Below are positions 45,118-56,531 of a DNA stretch of 64,000 nt, piece after piece (position 1 is the first letter of the stretch; the number at the start of each line of letters is the position of its first letter). Made by a program: the position numbers and the translations under genes. Source of the DNA: an uncultured delta proteobacterium (GTDB lineage Bacteria; Desulfobacterota; Binatia; Binatales; Binataceae); NCBI GenBank assembly GCA_963793115.1, contig CAWBYV010000010.1, positions 576,755-640,754 on the forward strand, given 5' to 3'. The notes beneath the pieces were generated by a model that saw nothing but the letters and a program-made list of their open reading frames with translations, did not search any database and was not told the origin of the DNA.

Positions 45118-47256
45118 TCACTGCAACGCGGCGGTGCAACTCACGCCACCTGCGCAGTCGGTCGTCTGGCACGACACTCCGAAGCTGAAGGAACTGTTCC
45201 CCGCCTGGGCCGAGCATCCGTCGTTGCAACCTACCGCGAGGCCGACCGAGGCGATGCTCGAGCACAGTTGCGATTCGAAAGAGGAAGTCGAGGTTCCGCC
45301 CGGCACCTGGATGTCGGTCGAAGACACCGGCACGCTAACCGTCTGGCATCCTGTATCCGGGTTGCAGCATGTCTCGCTCGCCGAGCAGCTTATGGCATAT
45401 GTGCCGGGCGTGACCTGGCCCGGCGTGGACTTCGGCGTAGGCGTTGCTTGCGGCGTCGGAGTCGGCGAAGGCGGCGCCGGGGGCGCCGGCGGTGCCGGAG
45501 GAGGCGGCGGCGGGAAGACCGGCGGCGTGGGAGGAGCCGGCGCCGTAGCGCCGAAGGCGTCGAGAACCTGCTTCGTGCCGTCGAAGAGATCCTTGAGATT
45601 CAGCGCCGTGCTAAAGTTCTCGATCTCAGGCAAGACCCCCTCTAACAGCCCTTGGAACGCGCCGTTGAGTTGCGCCAGTCCGGTCTCGATGATCGCGATC
45701 GCGCCGGGGTCGGTCGGCTGCTGCGTGCCGCCCACCAGAATCAGTCCGCCGCCGAGCTCGAGTCCAAGCGCGATGAGCGCCGCAGCCGGCAGCGCCAAGA
45801 CATAGGCCGGCGCTCCTGCCAAGGCGAGCAGCGCGATTGCGATCCCGCCGGCTCCGAGCACGACTCCGGCGGCGGTGTCGGCGGCTTGTGCGACCTGGCA
45901 GTTCGTCGAACTGGCGGACGCAGAGAAAGCCTGCGCTATGCCTGCCGAGAAGAGCGATGCGTCGCCGGTGTTTTGCAACGCACTCGAAGCCTCGGCGGAC
46001 ATGCATCCGGCGCTTTGCGCAAACGCCATCGACGGTCCCAGATAGGGCCACAAGCCGCCGGACTCGGTCAGCAGCGTAGGCGAAGCGTTGGCCAGCGAGC
46101 TCAGCGCCGCGATCAGCATCTGATCCGACTCGGCCAAATTCTGACTGGTCACGGTCACCGGCGTGCCGCTCACGCTGCCGAGCGTCACGCTCGCCTCGCT
46201 GCCGTCTTGCACTGGCTGGAGCAGCGCTATCAGGTCGTCGATCGAGGTCGCCTGTCCGGCGAGTGCGTCCGAAATTTGCGGCTCCTGCGCCGAGGAGATC
46301 TGTCCTTGAAACTGGCTGTTGACCTGCGCCAGCGCCTGCAGGTACGCAAGCGTCAGGCTCCCGGGCGCAACGCCGGCGGGGAGGGCGGGAAGCGCGCCGA
46401 CCTTTAACACCGCCGCGTTCGAAAGCGCGCTGCCTCCGCCGGGAAGTGTCTCGACCAGCCGGACGTTGAACTTTCCGGCGCCGGCGCTTCCGGTCCTCCG
46501 CAGGATAAACGGCGGCACCGAGACCCTCACCGTCTGCGAGTCGGCCTGCAAAGCGGGAACCTGTATCGGCGGCGATCCGGCGGCAGCGAAGTTCACCGAG
46601 ATTGCCGCGCTGGGCGATAATCTGGTTGCGCTGATGCTCAAGACGTCGAAAGGCGCCGCTGAGCGCACGCCGAGGCTGTTGAGCTTCGGAGCAACGCCCG
46701 TGCCGGTCAGGTGCGCGATTACCCGCTGGCCGGTGTCGGTGGCAACAATCAACGATCCTTTTCGCGTACCCGCGGCCGAGGGCGCGAATATCAGGTTGAA
46801 GTTGCACTTGGATTTCGGTGGTAAGTTTAGACCGCCGTTAGGACAAAGGCCCGTGGCCTGGAAGTCTCCGGTGGTCGAGGTCGAGGTGATGGAAACCGGC
46901 CTCTTTCCTGTGATCTGATAGGTGAACAGGCGAACGCCGCTGGCAGTGCCGACCGCCTGATTGCCGAAGGCCAGCGTCGCGGTGCTCGCGGTCTGGGCCG
47001 AATCGCGCGGCTCCGCGAGCAGCGGATCGAAGCGCCCGGCCAAGGCCGCCACGGCCACGGCGAGAGCGACAACGATCGGCAGGACTCTTACGATTATGCG
47101 GCCGCGGCGGCTGCTGAAAATTGACACGAAGCGACGGCGGCTAGCTGCAAACTGTTCCCACCCCACTCGACCCTCCATCACGGCGCCCTTTGGCGCGCTG
47201 CAACTGCTGCGTCGCAATCTTAACTTCATTATCTGTTCAAGCGAGTTTGCCCGCAA
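45118..47256 (-). CDS. large secreted/membrane protein: Ig-like (choice-of-anchor-D-like) domain, internal TM bundle, poly-Pro linker, Cys-rich C-terminal domain
   Basis: N-terminal anchor VLPIVVALAVAVAALAG. FGNQAVGTASGVRLFTYQITG.. is the Ig-like domain. Hydrophobic block VVLGAGGIAIALLALAGAPAYVLALPAAALIALGLELGGGLILVGG. Linker PPPPPPAPPAPPAPPSPTPTP. The last ~110 residues contain about 12 Cys. Confidence 0.65.
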   Translation of the reverse strand: MRANSLEQIMKLRLRRSSCSAPKGAVMEGRVGWEQFAASRRRFVSIFSSRRGRIIVRVLPIVVALAVAVAALAGRFDPLLAEPRDSAQTASTATLAFGNQAVGTASGVRLFTYQITGKRPVSITSTSTTGDFQATGLCPNGGLNLPPKSKCNFNLIFAPSAAGTRKGSLIVATDTGQRVIAHLTGTGVAPKLNSLGVRSAAPFDVLSISATRLSPSAAISVNFAAAGSPPIQVPALQADSQTVRVSVPPFILRRTGSAGAGKFNVRLVETLPGGGSALSNAAVLKVGALPALPAGVAPGSLTLAYLQALAQVNSQFQGQISSAQEPQISDALAGQATSIDDLIALLQPVQDGSEASVTLGSVSGTPVTVTSQNLAESDQMLIAALSSLANASPTLLTESGGLWPYLGPSMAFAQSAGCMSAEASSALQNTGDASLFSAGIAQAFSASASSTNCQVAQAADTAAGVVLGAGGIAIALLALAGAPAYVLALPAAALIALGLELGGGLILVGGTQQPTDPGAIAIIETGLAQLNGAFQGLLEGVLPEIENFSTALNLKDLFDGTKQVLDAFGATAPAPPTPPVFPPPPPPAPPAPPAPPSPTPTPQATPTPKSTPGQVTPGTYAISCSASETCCNPDTGCQTVSVPVSSTDIQVPGGTSTSSFESQLCSSIASVGLAVGCNDGCSAQAGNSSFSFGVSCQTTDCAGGVSCTAALQ

Positions 47257-47461
47257 ATGGAGCTGTTGGCACTGCGACCGGCGATCCGCGCCTCAAGGGC
47301 AACCATGACAGCTCGCGTTTCAAGTTAGGCCCGATGGTCGAGTTGGTGCAAGGACCTTTGAAGCTGAGGCGGGCTAGGGCTTCGATCAACCCCAAGCCGT
47401 CGGGCCACTATGAATACGGCCTGGTGAATCAGGGCACTAAGGTCCTCGCTCAGCGTACCTT

Positions 47462-48103
47462 TCACCGATTTGCCTTATCGTCCAAACCGAGTTCGCGAAG
47501 CACCTTGAACAGGTACCCGCGCATCTCCCGGGCGGTGCGCTCACCCGGCCGGATCAGCAAATGATACATAATCGCCCCGCCGATCAGGTCGAGCAGAATC
47601 TCCGGGTCGGAGTCTTCGCGGAGTAAGACTTGGGCACGCGCTCTCTCCAGAAGCCCGCGGACCATTTTGCGGCGCGGGACCAGATAGTTATTCCAGTAGG
47701 CCCGCATCAGGTCCGGACAGCTTGGGACGGAACCAGCCAGTCTAGCCATCAGCTTGCGGTAGTCGGGCGCGGCGACGGTCTCTGCCAGTGCATCCACCAG
47801 CCGCCGCGCCAAGCCGCGCAACGCGACCCGATTCGCCATCGCTTTCTGCTCAGGAGCGCCCCTTGCCACTGCGATTGCCTGCGCGAGCAGCGCTTCCTTG
47901 GAGGACCAGCGCCGATATACCGTGGTCCGCGCGACTCCGGCGCTCTCGGCGATCTGCTCGATGCTCGCGCCATCGACGCCGTGCTCGATGAACAGTTTCA
48001 ATGCAGCCTGCAGGATCGCCCGATCCGCGGCTGGGCTCCTCGGCCGCCCCGGACCGTTCGCTCTCGGATCATTCGAGCATTTAGCGCCGCGTGGCTGCTG
48101 CAT
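47462..48103 (-). CDS. TetR/AcrR family transcriptional regulator
   Basis: ..AILQAALKLFIEHGVDGASIEQIAESAGVARTTVYRRWSSKEALL.. is the TetR HTH. Confidence 0.85.
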   Translation of the reverse strand: MQQPRGAKCSNDPRANGPGRPRSPAADRAILQAALKLFIEHGVDGASIEQIAESAGVARTTVYRRWSSKEALLAQAIAVARGAPEQKAMANRVALRGLARRLVDALAETVAAPDYRKLMARLAGSVPSCPDLMRAYWNNYLVPRRKMVRGLLERARAQVLLREDSDPEILLDLIGGAIMYHLLIRPGERTAREMRGYLFKVLRELGLDDKANR

Positions 48104-48157
48104 CAGAGTGGATGGGGGAAAGTTTATCGTTCGACCGCGTGGTAATTGCTGACGCGC

Positions 48158-48838
48158 CTACCAGAGAAACGGAATCAAACGGTATCTTACTTTCTCGGAG
48201 TACGTATCGTACCCTTGCAACTCGCGGCGCAGAAACCGTTCTTCAAAAAGGATCCGCAAACCTATCGTTCCAATCGGAACGATGGTGAGCAGGGCCGCCG
48301 CATACGATCCCAGCCAGATCGACGCGCCGATCCAGCCGAGTGAACCGCCCGCATACAGCGGATGCCGCACGAGGCCGTAGACTCCGCTCGCGACCACCAC
48401 CTGCTGTCTTTCTTTCTGATGCCTCACCACCGATGCGGCGAAAGCATTCTCCTTGAAGGAGAGATACATGACCCACCAACCCACAACGACCAGCATCAGT
48501 CCCAGAAGCGAGGCGAGGAATGCGGGCGTGTGGAGCAAATGAAACCGGAATACGTCGAGTGGAATGAAGACCATCAAGCCGCCCCAAGTGGCGAGACACA
48601 GGAGCAGGATGATTTTGTCCGCCAGCGGCTGGCCCTTCTGGAGAGGAGACTTAAGGCGTTGGTCAAGCAGGCCCTCACTATGGGCCAAGACGTTAACGGC
48701 CATGGCAAACACGGCGACAAAAACCACAGCTATGAACACCCATGCGCGCCACCATTCTATAGTGCCTGGCACGAACAGCATCAGGCCGAAGATGCCTACG
48801 TTGAATACGATCCAGGCGAGTAATTTGAAGACCCGCAT
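48158..48838 (-). CDS. isoprenylcysteine carboxyl methyltransferase (ICMT/PEMT) family membrane protein
   Basis: Multiple TM helices and C-terminal ..VVASGVYGLVRHPLYAGGSLGWIG.. ..EERFLRRELQGYDTYSEKVRYRLIP... Confidence 0.8.
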   Translation of the reverse strand: MRVFKLLAWIVFNVGIFGLMLFVPGTIEWWRAWVFIAVVFVAVFAMAVNVLAHSEGLLDQRLKSPLQKGQPLADKIILLLCLATWGGLMVFIPLDVFRFHLLHTPAFLASLLGLMLVVVGWWVMYLSFKENAFAASVVRHQKERQQVVVASGVYGLVRHPLYAGGSLGWIGASIWLGSYAAALLTIVPIGTIGLRILFEERFLRRELQGYDTYSEKVRYRLIPFLW

Positions 48839-49036
48839 GGATAAATACGATACGCTAATGTAGCGATAATGTAAACGGTCCTACAGAGCGTTGCCTGCTG
48901 TCACTGCCTCAACGTCTGATCCGCAAAATCCCGAAGCCCGTGCGACTGATGAATTGGCACGACGCGCCGGTCCGCAATCCGGTGCTACTCGGGCGTATTG
49001 GGGGCTCGTAGGCCAGGTCAGACAAGCTCTCGCGCG

Positions 49037-51528
49037 TCAATGCCGATGTGACCTGAAAAGTTCGGCGGTATTGAGCGTGCCTTCGGCCTGCTCTCCGCCG
49101 ACGATCAACACGGCGCCGACGAGCGGTCCGGATACGACGCTGGGATCGAGAAGTGTGGCGGTATGAAGCACGCGGCCGATCGTCATACTCGCGGTCGCCG
49201 TGAAGCTTCCGATGCCGCCGTTGCCCTCCGGATTAAAGAGTTCCGCGCTGTTCTCGGGAAACAACTCGCTTCTGGCGGTGAAGAGCGAGCCTCCAGCTAT
49301 CAGCACGTCGCCGCTGTCCAGCAGCGTAGCGGTAGCTATGCAGCGAACCTGCGTCATCGAGGAGTTGCATCCGGACCCGCTAGGGCCCGCTCCCCCGACG
49401 CACGAGAAAATTCCGGTTGACGGGTCGTAGACCTCGGCGCTCGAGTCGAACGATCCGCCGGCGATCAGCACCCCGCCGGCGAGTGGCCCAGCGGCCGAGT
49501 TCGGCTTCAGATAGGTGGCCGTATGGGCGGCGCGCGGAGTATTCATCTGAAGCGGGTTCATATTCGGACCTGTCGCGGTGAACGCCCCCTGGCCGCCGTC
49601 CGCCGCGGGATCGAAGCGTTCGGCGCTGGCCAGGACCTTGCTGCTGTTGTCGAGACCGCCGGTAAGCAGCACGGTGCCGTCCGGAAGCAGCGTCGCCGAG
49701 TGAAGCACCCGCGGGGTCGTCATGCTCGAATTGCACGCCGGCGGATTGCCGCTCTCACCGCCCACGCAACTGAATGTCTGCACGGCCGGATCGTAAATTT
49801 CCGCACTGGCCAGCACCGCGACGGGTTTGCCCTGGCTGTCAACCTGCTCGCCGCCCGCGATTAGCACACGTCCGTCGCTGAGCGCCGTCGCGGAAGCCGC
49901 GTCTCGCGCCGTAATCAATGACCCGGTGTCGCTGAAGGTCTTACGCGCCGGGTCGTAGAGTTCGGCCGCGGCGAGATCGACAACGTCGGTCTGGTTGGCG
50001 GCCAAGCCGATACCTCCGGCGAGCAAGACCTGCCCGTCGGGGCATCCGCCGGTTGCGCAGTTCAGCAATGTCGCGGTGTGCGAGGAGCGCTGAGTATTCA
50101 TGAAGATAGGCAGCCCCGAGAAACTCCGCTTCGCCGGACTATAGATCTCACGGTCTGGATCGCAGGCGTCTGGTCCGTATCCTCTCCTCCCACGATCAGG
50201 ACGCGTCCATCCTGCAGCAGCGTCGCGGTGTGCAGAGCGCGTGGCTGGATCATTCCTCCCGGGACGGCAGCGAACGCCTGGCCGGGGGTTTTTGAGCCGA
50301 ACGCGGGTTTCGGGTTGAATACCTCGGCCGATTCGAAACCGTATGGCCGGGAAGCCGGCTCCTGCGGATTGCCACAACATTCAGTTCCTCCCGCGAGCAG
50401 AACCTTGCCGTTCTGAAGCAAGCTCGCGGTCAGGAAGTTGCGGGGCTCGTTGGTCAATGCCGGAATCGTCACGAATGCGCCGCTGAAGGTCTTGGTCGCG
50501 GGGTCGTAGATCTCCGCGTGGCGGTTGAAATTGGGATCCTGCTGATTCGCCGCGATCCCGCCGGTGATCACCACCCGGCCGTCTTTTAGTATGCTGGCGG
50601 CGTGAAAGGCGCGCGGATACGTCATCGGCCCAGTTGCGGTGAAGGTCCCGGTCTTCGGGTCGTAAATGTCGGCGCTGTCGAGCAGGTTGTTGTTCTGATC
50701 CAGTCCGCCGGCGATTAGCACGGTGCCGTTCTTCAGCCGGGTTGCGGTGTGGCCATATCGCGCCGATTGCATCGAGTTGCCGGTCGCTATGAACAGCCCG
50801 CTGCTGGCGTCATAGAGCTCGGCCGAAGATTCGACGCCGCCCTGCAAGTTGACGCCTCCCGCGATCAGAACCGCCTTGCCGTGGTCGATCGCCGTCGCCG
50901 TATGCATCGCGCGCGCGACCAGCATCAGGAAGAGTCCGACGCTGAACTTGTGTTTCGATGGAATGAAGAGCTCGACGGTGTCGAGCGGCGAGAGCGGAGA
51001 ACCAATTCCGGAACTGCCTCCGGCGATCAGAACGCTGCCGCTTTTGAGCAGCGTCGCGGTATGAAAGGTGCGCGGCACCGCCAGACCGCCGACCGGGCCG
51101 AAGAGTCCGCTTGCCGGATCGAAAACTTCGCCGGTTGCCGTCACCGCCTGACCGTCGTCGCCTCCCGCGACGAGCACCTTGCCGTCGCCAAGGATGGTCG
51201 CGGTGTGATCCTTACGCGCCTGTTTCAATGGCCCCGAGCGCGCGAACGCATTGGAGGCGGGGTTGTAGATCTCGGACCGGCTCAGCACCACAGGCCTCTT
51301 CTGACCTCCGGCGACCAGCACGGTACCGTCGGGAAGAAGAGTGGCGCTGTGCCCCGCCCGCTCATACACCATCGATCCGGTACTTACGAAGTGCGCCCGA
51401 TGAGCCGGGTCACGCGCAGAGCCGGCAAGCGCGCGCCCGCCCCATGCTCCGAAGACGCCCGCGGCGCACAATACTGCTGTCAGTACGATGCGAGGTCCCG
51501 CGCCCGGTTTGCGATCTACTGTGCGCAT
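49037..51528 (-). CDS. Kelch-type beta-propeller repeat protein, about 830 aa, secreted (frame-disrupted)
   Basis: Signal MRTVDRKPGAGPRIVLTAVLCAAGVFGAWG. Repeats of R..HTATLL.DG.VL(I/V)AGG ... (S/T)AE(I/L)(Y/F)(D/N)P. ORFs 50098-51528 and 49037-50380 join at ..PAIQTV/EIYSPAKRSF.. near 50148. Confidence 0.75.
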
Positions 51529-54015
51529 GCCGTGCAGGTTGTCGGCGAGTCCGAAAGCATGAACAGCTCGGTCCCCGCCAGCGTCGAGTTTGTCGAGGCT
51601 CCCCCGGTGACCAGCACGTCTCCCGAATCGAGCAGCGTCGCGGTCTGCAAGGCCCGCGCGCTGATCATCTCGTTCGCGAGCACGAAAGTTCCGGAAGGGG
51701 GATCGAAGATCTCCGCGATCGGCTCGGCGACGAAGCCGGCGCCGTCGAGCAGCGCGAAGAAGTTATTCGAGCCTCCGCCTGCGATTAACACTCTTCCGTT
51801 CCGGAGCAGGGTGGCCGTATGAAACGAATGGACCGACTTCATATTCGACGTCAGCAGGGTGAACGTGCCGGAGCCCGGATCGTAAGTCTCGGCGCTTAAA
51901 TCATCCGTGCCGCCGGCGATCAACACCTTGCCCGCGAGCGAGCCGGTGACAAACTTCGGGTCGAGAAATGTTGCGCTGTGTCCGGCGCGGGCCTCGTGCA
52001 TCGGTCCGGCGGTCGGCGCGAACGATCCCTTCTGCGGATCGAAGATTTCGGCGCTCGTGGTGCTGGTGGTCGAGCCGTTGGAGTTGACCACGAACCCGCC
52101 GGTGAGGAGGACCGTGCCGTCGGCCAGGGCGGTCGCGGCGTGAAGCGCACGCGCGGCGCTCATGCTCGAGTTGCACGAGGGCGGATTTCCGCTGGTACCT
52201 CCTACGCAGTTAAACATCCCCTCGATCGGATCGTAGATCTCGGCGCTGTCCAGCGCCGAGAGCGATTGCGTGCCGCGGTCCGCGGTCTGGACCTGCAGGC
52301 CCCCCGCTACGAGCACCCGTCCGCCCGCCAGAGCGGCCGCGGTGGCCGAGAATCGCGCGGTCGTCAAAGCGCCGGTCGCGCTGAAACTGCGGACCGCCGG
52401 GTCTGGATTATAGAGTTCGGCGCTCGCGAGACTGCCGAGTGCCTCCATACTGAATATGAATCCGCCTATAAGTAATACTTGGCCGTCGGGACATCCTGCA
52501 ACGCCGGGGCAGTTCAACACGGTCGCGGTATCGAGCGCGCGCGCCTGATTCATCGCGCCGGTACCGGAAAACGTCCCACTTTGAGGATCGTAAAGCTGTG
52601 CGTCGCCGTTTGTCATTCCGGGAGGATTGAGACTCTTGCCGCCGGCGATCAGCACCATGCCGGACAGCGGCCCCTGAACGAAATTTGGATCGAGAAAAGT
52701 CGCCGTATGATAGGCCCGCGCAGTCACCATCGATCCCGTCGCCAGGAAGGAACTGCTGGTGGTGTTGACCAGCTCAGCTTGCGGGCTTGTAGGCTCGACG
52801 TTCGAGCGGCTGATCGGACGGCGAGAGCAACTGGAAACCTCCGGCTACCAGGACGTCGCTTCCGCCGAGCGAAGTCGCCGTCGCCGAGAGCCGTTGGGTG
52901 CCCGGCCCCGCGATCAGCGTGAAAGTCTGACTTGCCGGATCGTAGATCTCCGCGCTGTCGTCGCCGCTGCCTGCCGCGATCAGAACGCGGCCGTCGCTGA
53001 GCATCGTGGTTGCGGGCGACTGGCGCGGCTCGTTCATCGCGTTGCTCGTCAAGGTGAAGGTCTTGCGGGCCGGGTTGTAGATCTCCGCCGACGCGAGCAC
53101 GTTGTGCGCCCCGTCCACTCCTCCGACGATCAGCACAGTGCCGTCCGGCAGCAGGATCGAGCCGTGGAAGAAGCGCTCGCTGTTCATTACTCCGGCTGGA
53201 GCGAAGCGAACCGACGGGCTTCTGAAGATCTCCGCCGAGGCCTGGACGAGTCCCTGCTGGTTGACTCCGCCGGTAATCAGGACGGTCTTATCCGCAAGCA
53301 GAACCGCGGCCTGTCCGCTGCGCGCGACGTTCATCTGGAAAGGCAGTTGCTCGAACTGGCCGCCGCTCCGCGGATCGAAAAGTTCCGCGCTGGCCAGCGA
53401 GCCGGTGAAGACCCCCGTGGTCGGATCGAACGAAGGGCTCCCGCCGGCGATAAGCACGCGGCCGGGAGCATCGTCAAGTTGGGTGGCCGTATGACCGGTG
53501 CGCGGCGCGATCATCACCGCCGCAAGCTTGACGAACGCGCCGGTTGAGCCCATTGCGGGATTGAACAGCTCGGCGGTTTCCAGCGCGTCAAGTCCATCGT
53601 CGCCGCCCGCAATCAGTACCTGGCCGCTGTTCAGAAGCGTCGCGGTGTGCGATTGACGCGGCTGGACCATCGCAGGACCGGCGACGAACTGGCCCGTGGA
53701 CGGGTTGTAAATCTCCGCGAGGTCCACCGTGGCGCTATTGGTTACAGCGCCGGCCAGACCTCCGGCGATCAGCACTGTGCCGTCCGCGAGAAGCGAAGCG
53801 CTCTGGCCGAATCGCGGCGCGGCCATCGATTCGGCGGAGGTGAATGAGCCGGTCGGAATTCCAGTCGTGTTCGTCTGGCATGATGGGCACGGGTCGCATC
53901 CGGTATTCAGCAGCGCACCCGCAATCGACAGGGACAATACTATGGCAAGTGCGAAGAGCTCGCCGAGGAGCTTGCGACGACTAGTCAATCGAAATCGGGA
54001 GCGCGCAATGAACAT
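51516..54015 (-). CDS. Kelch-type beta-propeller repeat protein, about 830 aa, secreted (frame-disrupted)
   Basis: N-terminal anchor LLGELFALAIVLSLSIAGALL. Same repeat signature as the downstream paralog. ORFs 52774-54015 and 51516-52730 are bridged in the third frame by ..VEPTSPQAELVNTTSSSFLATGSMVTARAYHTATFL.. (shift near 52800). The stop overlaps the start of the next Kelch gene by 13 nt. Confidence 0.75.
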
Positions 54016-54283
54016 TGCAGCGTGCGGTTGGTGTGGTGCAAACCTTCTGTCACCGGACTGAGTAGCCTCGTTGCATTGCCCACATTGCTACTAGGATCGC
54101 GATGAAACCGCAAGACTGCCGGAGCGTAGACTGCCGGGGCGCAGCGGAGAGCTCTGGAACTTGACCATTCCCGGTCCAGTGCTATAACTCACGTTGCGCT
54201 ACGGACTGAACCGCCGAAATGCTGCGCCCGATGTTGCCGGGAGCAGCTTTGGCACGGAGTAAAACTTGAGTCGTCGTCTGCGC

Positions 54284-56431
54284 ATGTTGCAGCGGCCCAT
54301 CCCGGTGGGACTCGCCGCGCTGTTTCTCACCTTCCTGGGCATCTCGGGCTGTCCTTCCGTATTCAAACGGTTCGAACTTCAAGTGCAGGACCTGCAGGTT
54401 TATGCGTACGGGCGCCGCGTGCCCAAACCGTTGGGCAAGGTCGTCATTGCCGCGATCGACGACTATAGCGTCGACGATAGCGAACTCGGGCGCTTTCCCT
54501 GGCCACGACGCGTCGAAGCAGATCTGATCACGGCGCTCACTGACTACTACCACGCCTCGGTCATCGGCCTGGACCTGATTCTTACTGAGTCCGACCGGGG
54601 CACGAGCGCAGACGCGCACGGTCAGAGCATGACCAACGATGCGCGCCTGGCAGACGCCATCAGACGGCACGGCAACGTATACGTCGGCCTTCAGTTTGCC
54701 AGTTCGCAGCAACGCCAGGCCGCGCTCGACCACCCTGATCACTTCACGAAAACCATCGCGATGCCGGCACCATCGACCTTTTCGAGAGTAGACATGGATC
54801 CTCATGCGGCCCCGCTGAGCGATTCGGATGATGAGTACAAGCCGCCGGTGCCGATAATAAACTCCGCGGCAAGGGGAAGCGGCTTCGTGAATATTGAACC
54901 CGACCCCGACAACGTTTACCGCACCGTCCTGCTGGTCAAAACGTTCGATCACATGTATTTCCCTTCCCTCAACCTGCTGCTGGTGGGTGCCTATATGCAG
55001 CAGCCGTTGGAACTGCATCTCGCCGAGTACGGTGTCGCATACATCTCCGTGGGTAACAAAGATATACCAGTCGACGAGACTGGTCATATGCTGATTCATT
55101 TCCGAGGCCCCAGCGGCACTTTTCCAACCTACTCAATCGCGAAAATCCTCAAGCACCAGTACGCTCGCGGCGCGCTGGACGGAAAGATCGTGATGGTCGG
55201 AGCAACCGCGACCGGTCTGGGCGACAAGCCTGCGGTGCCCGGCTACTCCGATCTTTACGGGGTCGAAATTCACGCCAATATCATTGACAACATCCTGCAG
55301 GGCGACGTCACCCGCCGTTCGCAGGTGACCGGCTTCGAGGAGCTGGTCGCCTCGATTCTGCTCGGCCTGGGCGCGATCGCGGCCGCCTCGCTGCTGCAGG
55401 GAATATGGGCCATCGTATCGGTGTTGCCACTCGTGGCCGGCTACATCGTCTACGCCCAGCATCGTCTCGACGAAGACCAGATCCTGCTCGGCATGTTGGT
55501 GCCGCTGGCCAGCGTCGCGGTGCCTTATCTGGCCGTGGTCGCGTATCGATACGTCGGTGAGCGCGCGGAGAAGAGCCGGGTGCGTTCGGCTTTCGAACAG
55601 TTGGTGGATCCCAGCGTGGTCAGGACGGCGCTCGACGAACCCACCGGGTTGAAGCTCGGCGGTCAACTGCGTCACGCGAGTATTCTCTTTGCGGACATAG
55701 TCAATTTCACTTCGCGCGCGGAGAACACAGCGCCCGAGACCCTCGGCGAGCTGATCAATACCTTTCTGGGCGCGATGACTAACGTCATCCACAACAGCGG
55801 CGGCGTGGTCAACAAGTTCATCGGCGACAAGGTGATGGTCTACTGGTTGTGGCGCGACGATGGCCCCAACGCCGCCAAGGCCGCGATCGATTGCGGGTTG
55901 GGGATGCTGGCGGCGCTCGAGCGGCTGCGCCGCACCGACCCGCGCTTTGCCGACCTCTACATCGGGGTTGGCGTGCACGACGGTCAGGCCGTCGCGGGGA
56001 ATTTCGGCGGAGCGAGCCGCTTCAACTTCTCACTGATCGGCGACGCGGTGAACTTCGCCTCCCGGCTGCAGGGACTTGCCCGCCAGTTCAGGGTCAAAAT
56101 GCTGGTCAGCCGGCAGGCCTATGACGCGGCGCACGGCGATTATGTCGCGCGCCCGATCGGGTTGGTGAGGGTCAAGGGCAAGACCGAACGTCTGCCGATC
56201 GTCGAAGTTGCGGGCCACGCCAACGACGGCGTCAACCCGACCTTCTGCCGGCGCTTCTCGAAGGCGGTGGCGTGCCTGCAAAGTGGCGAGGCCGGGACAG
56301 CGCGCGCGGCGCTGCGCGAGTTGCACAAGGAACGGCCCGATGACTACGTGACGGAGCTCTGCCTGGCGAAGCTGGAGTCGCCCGACGCGGGCGCGATCCG
56401 CGAACTGGTGTTCGAGTTCGAAACCAAGTAG
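54284..56431 (+). CDS. CHASE2-domain adenylate/guanylate cyclase
   Basis: ATG at 54284 (the track ORF starts at TTG 54266). Signal/TM, a periplasmic region, then three TM helices (..LVASILLGLGAIAAASLL.. etc.). C-terminal class III cyclase motifs ASILFADIVNFTSRAE, FIGDKVMVYW and FSLIGDAVNFASRLQ. Confidence 0.85.
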   Translation: MLQRPIPVGLAALFLTFLGISGCPSVFKRFELQVQDLQVYAYGRRVPKPLGKVVIAAIDDYSVDDSELGRFPWPRRVEADLITALTDYYHASVIGLDLILTESDRGTSADAHGQSMTNDARLADAIRRHGNVYVGLQFASSQQRQAALDHPDHFTKTIAMPAPSTFSRVDMDPHAAPLSDSDDEYKPPVPIINSAARGSGFVNIEPDPDNVYRTVLLVKTFDHMYFPSLNLLLVGAYMQQPLELHLAEYGVAYISVGNKDIPVDETGHMLIHFRGPSGTFPTYSIAKILKHQYARGALDGKIVMVGATATGLGDKPAVPGYSDLYGVEIHANIIDNILQGDVTRRSQVTGFEELVASILLGLGAIAAASLLQGIWAIVSVLPLVAGYIVYAQHRLDEDQILLGMLVPLASVAVPYLAVVAYRYVGERAEKSRVRSAFEQLVDPSVVRTALDEPTGLKLGGQLRHASILFADIVNFTSRAENTAPETLGELINTFLGAMTNVIHNSGGVVNKFIGDKVMVYWLWRDDGPNAAKAAIDCGLGMLAALERLRRTDPRFADLYIGVGVHDGQAVAGNFGGASRFNFSLIGDAVNFASRLQGLARQFRVKMLVSRQAYDAAHGDYVARPIGLVRVKGKTERLPIVEVAGHANDGVNPTFCRRFSKAVACLQSGEAGTARAALRELHKERPDDYVTELCLAKLESPDAGAIRELVFEFETK

Positions 56432-56531
56432 GTTTGTCGCGGCCAATCGAGCCGCGGCCCCACGGGCGGCTCAAGTCATTGGCCTGCCACCGGCGGGCAC
56501 CGCGCTGGCGCCGGGTTGACGCCGAGACGAC

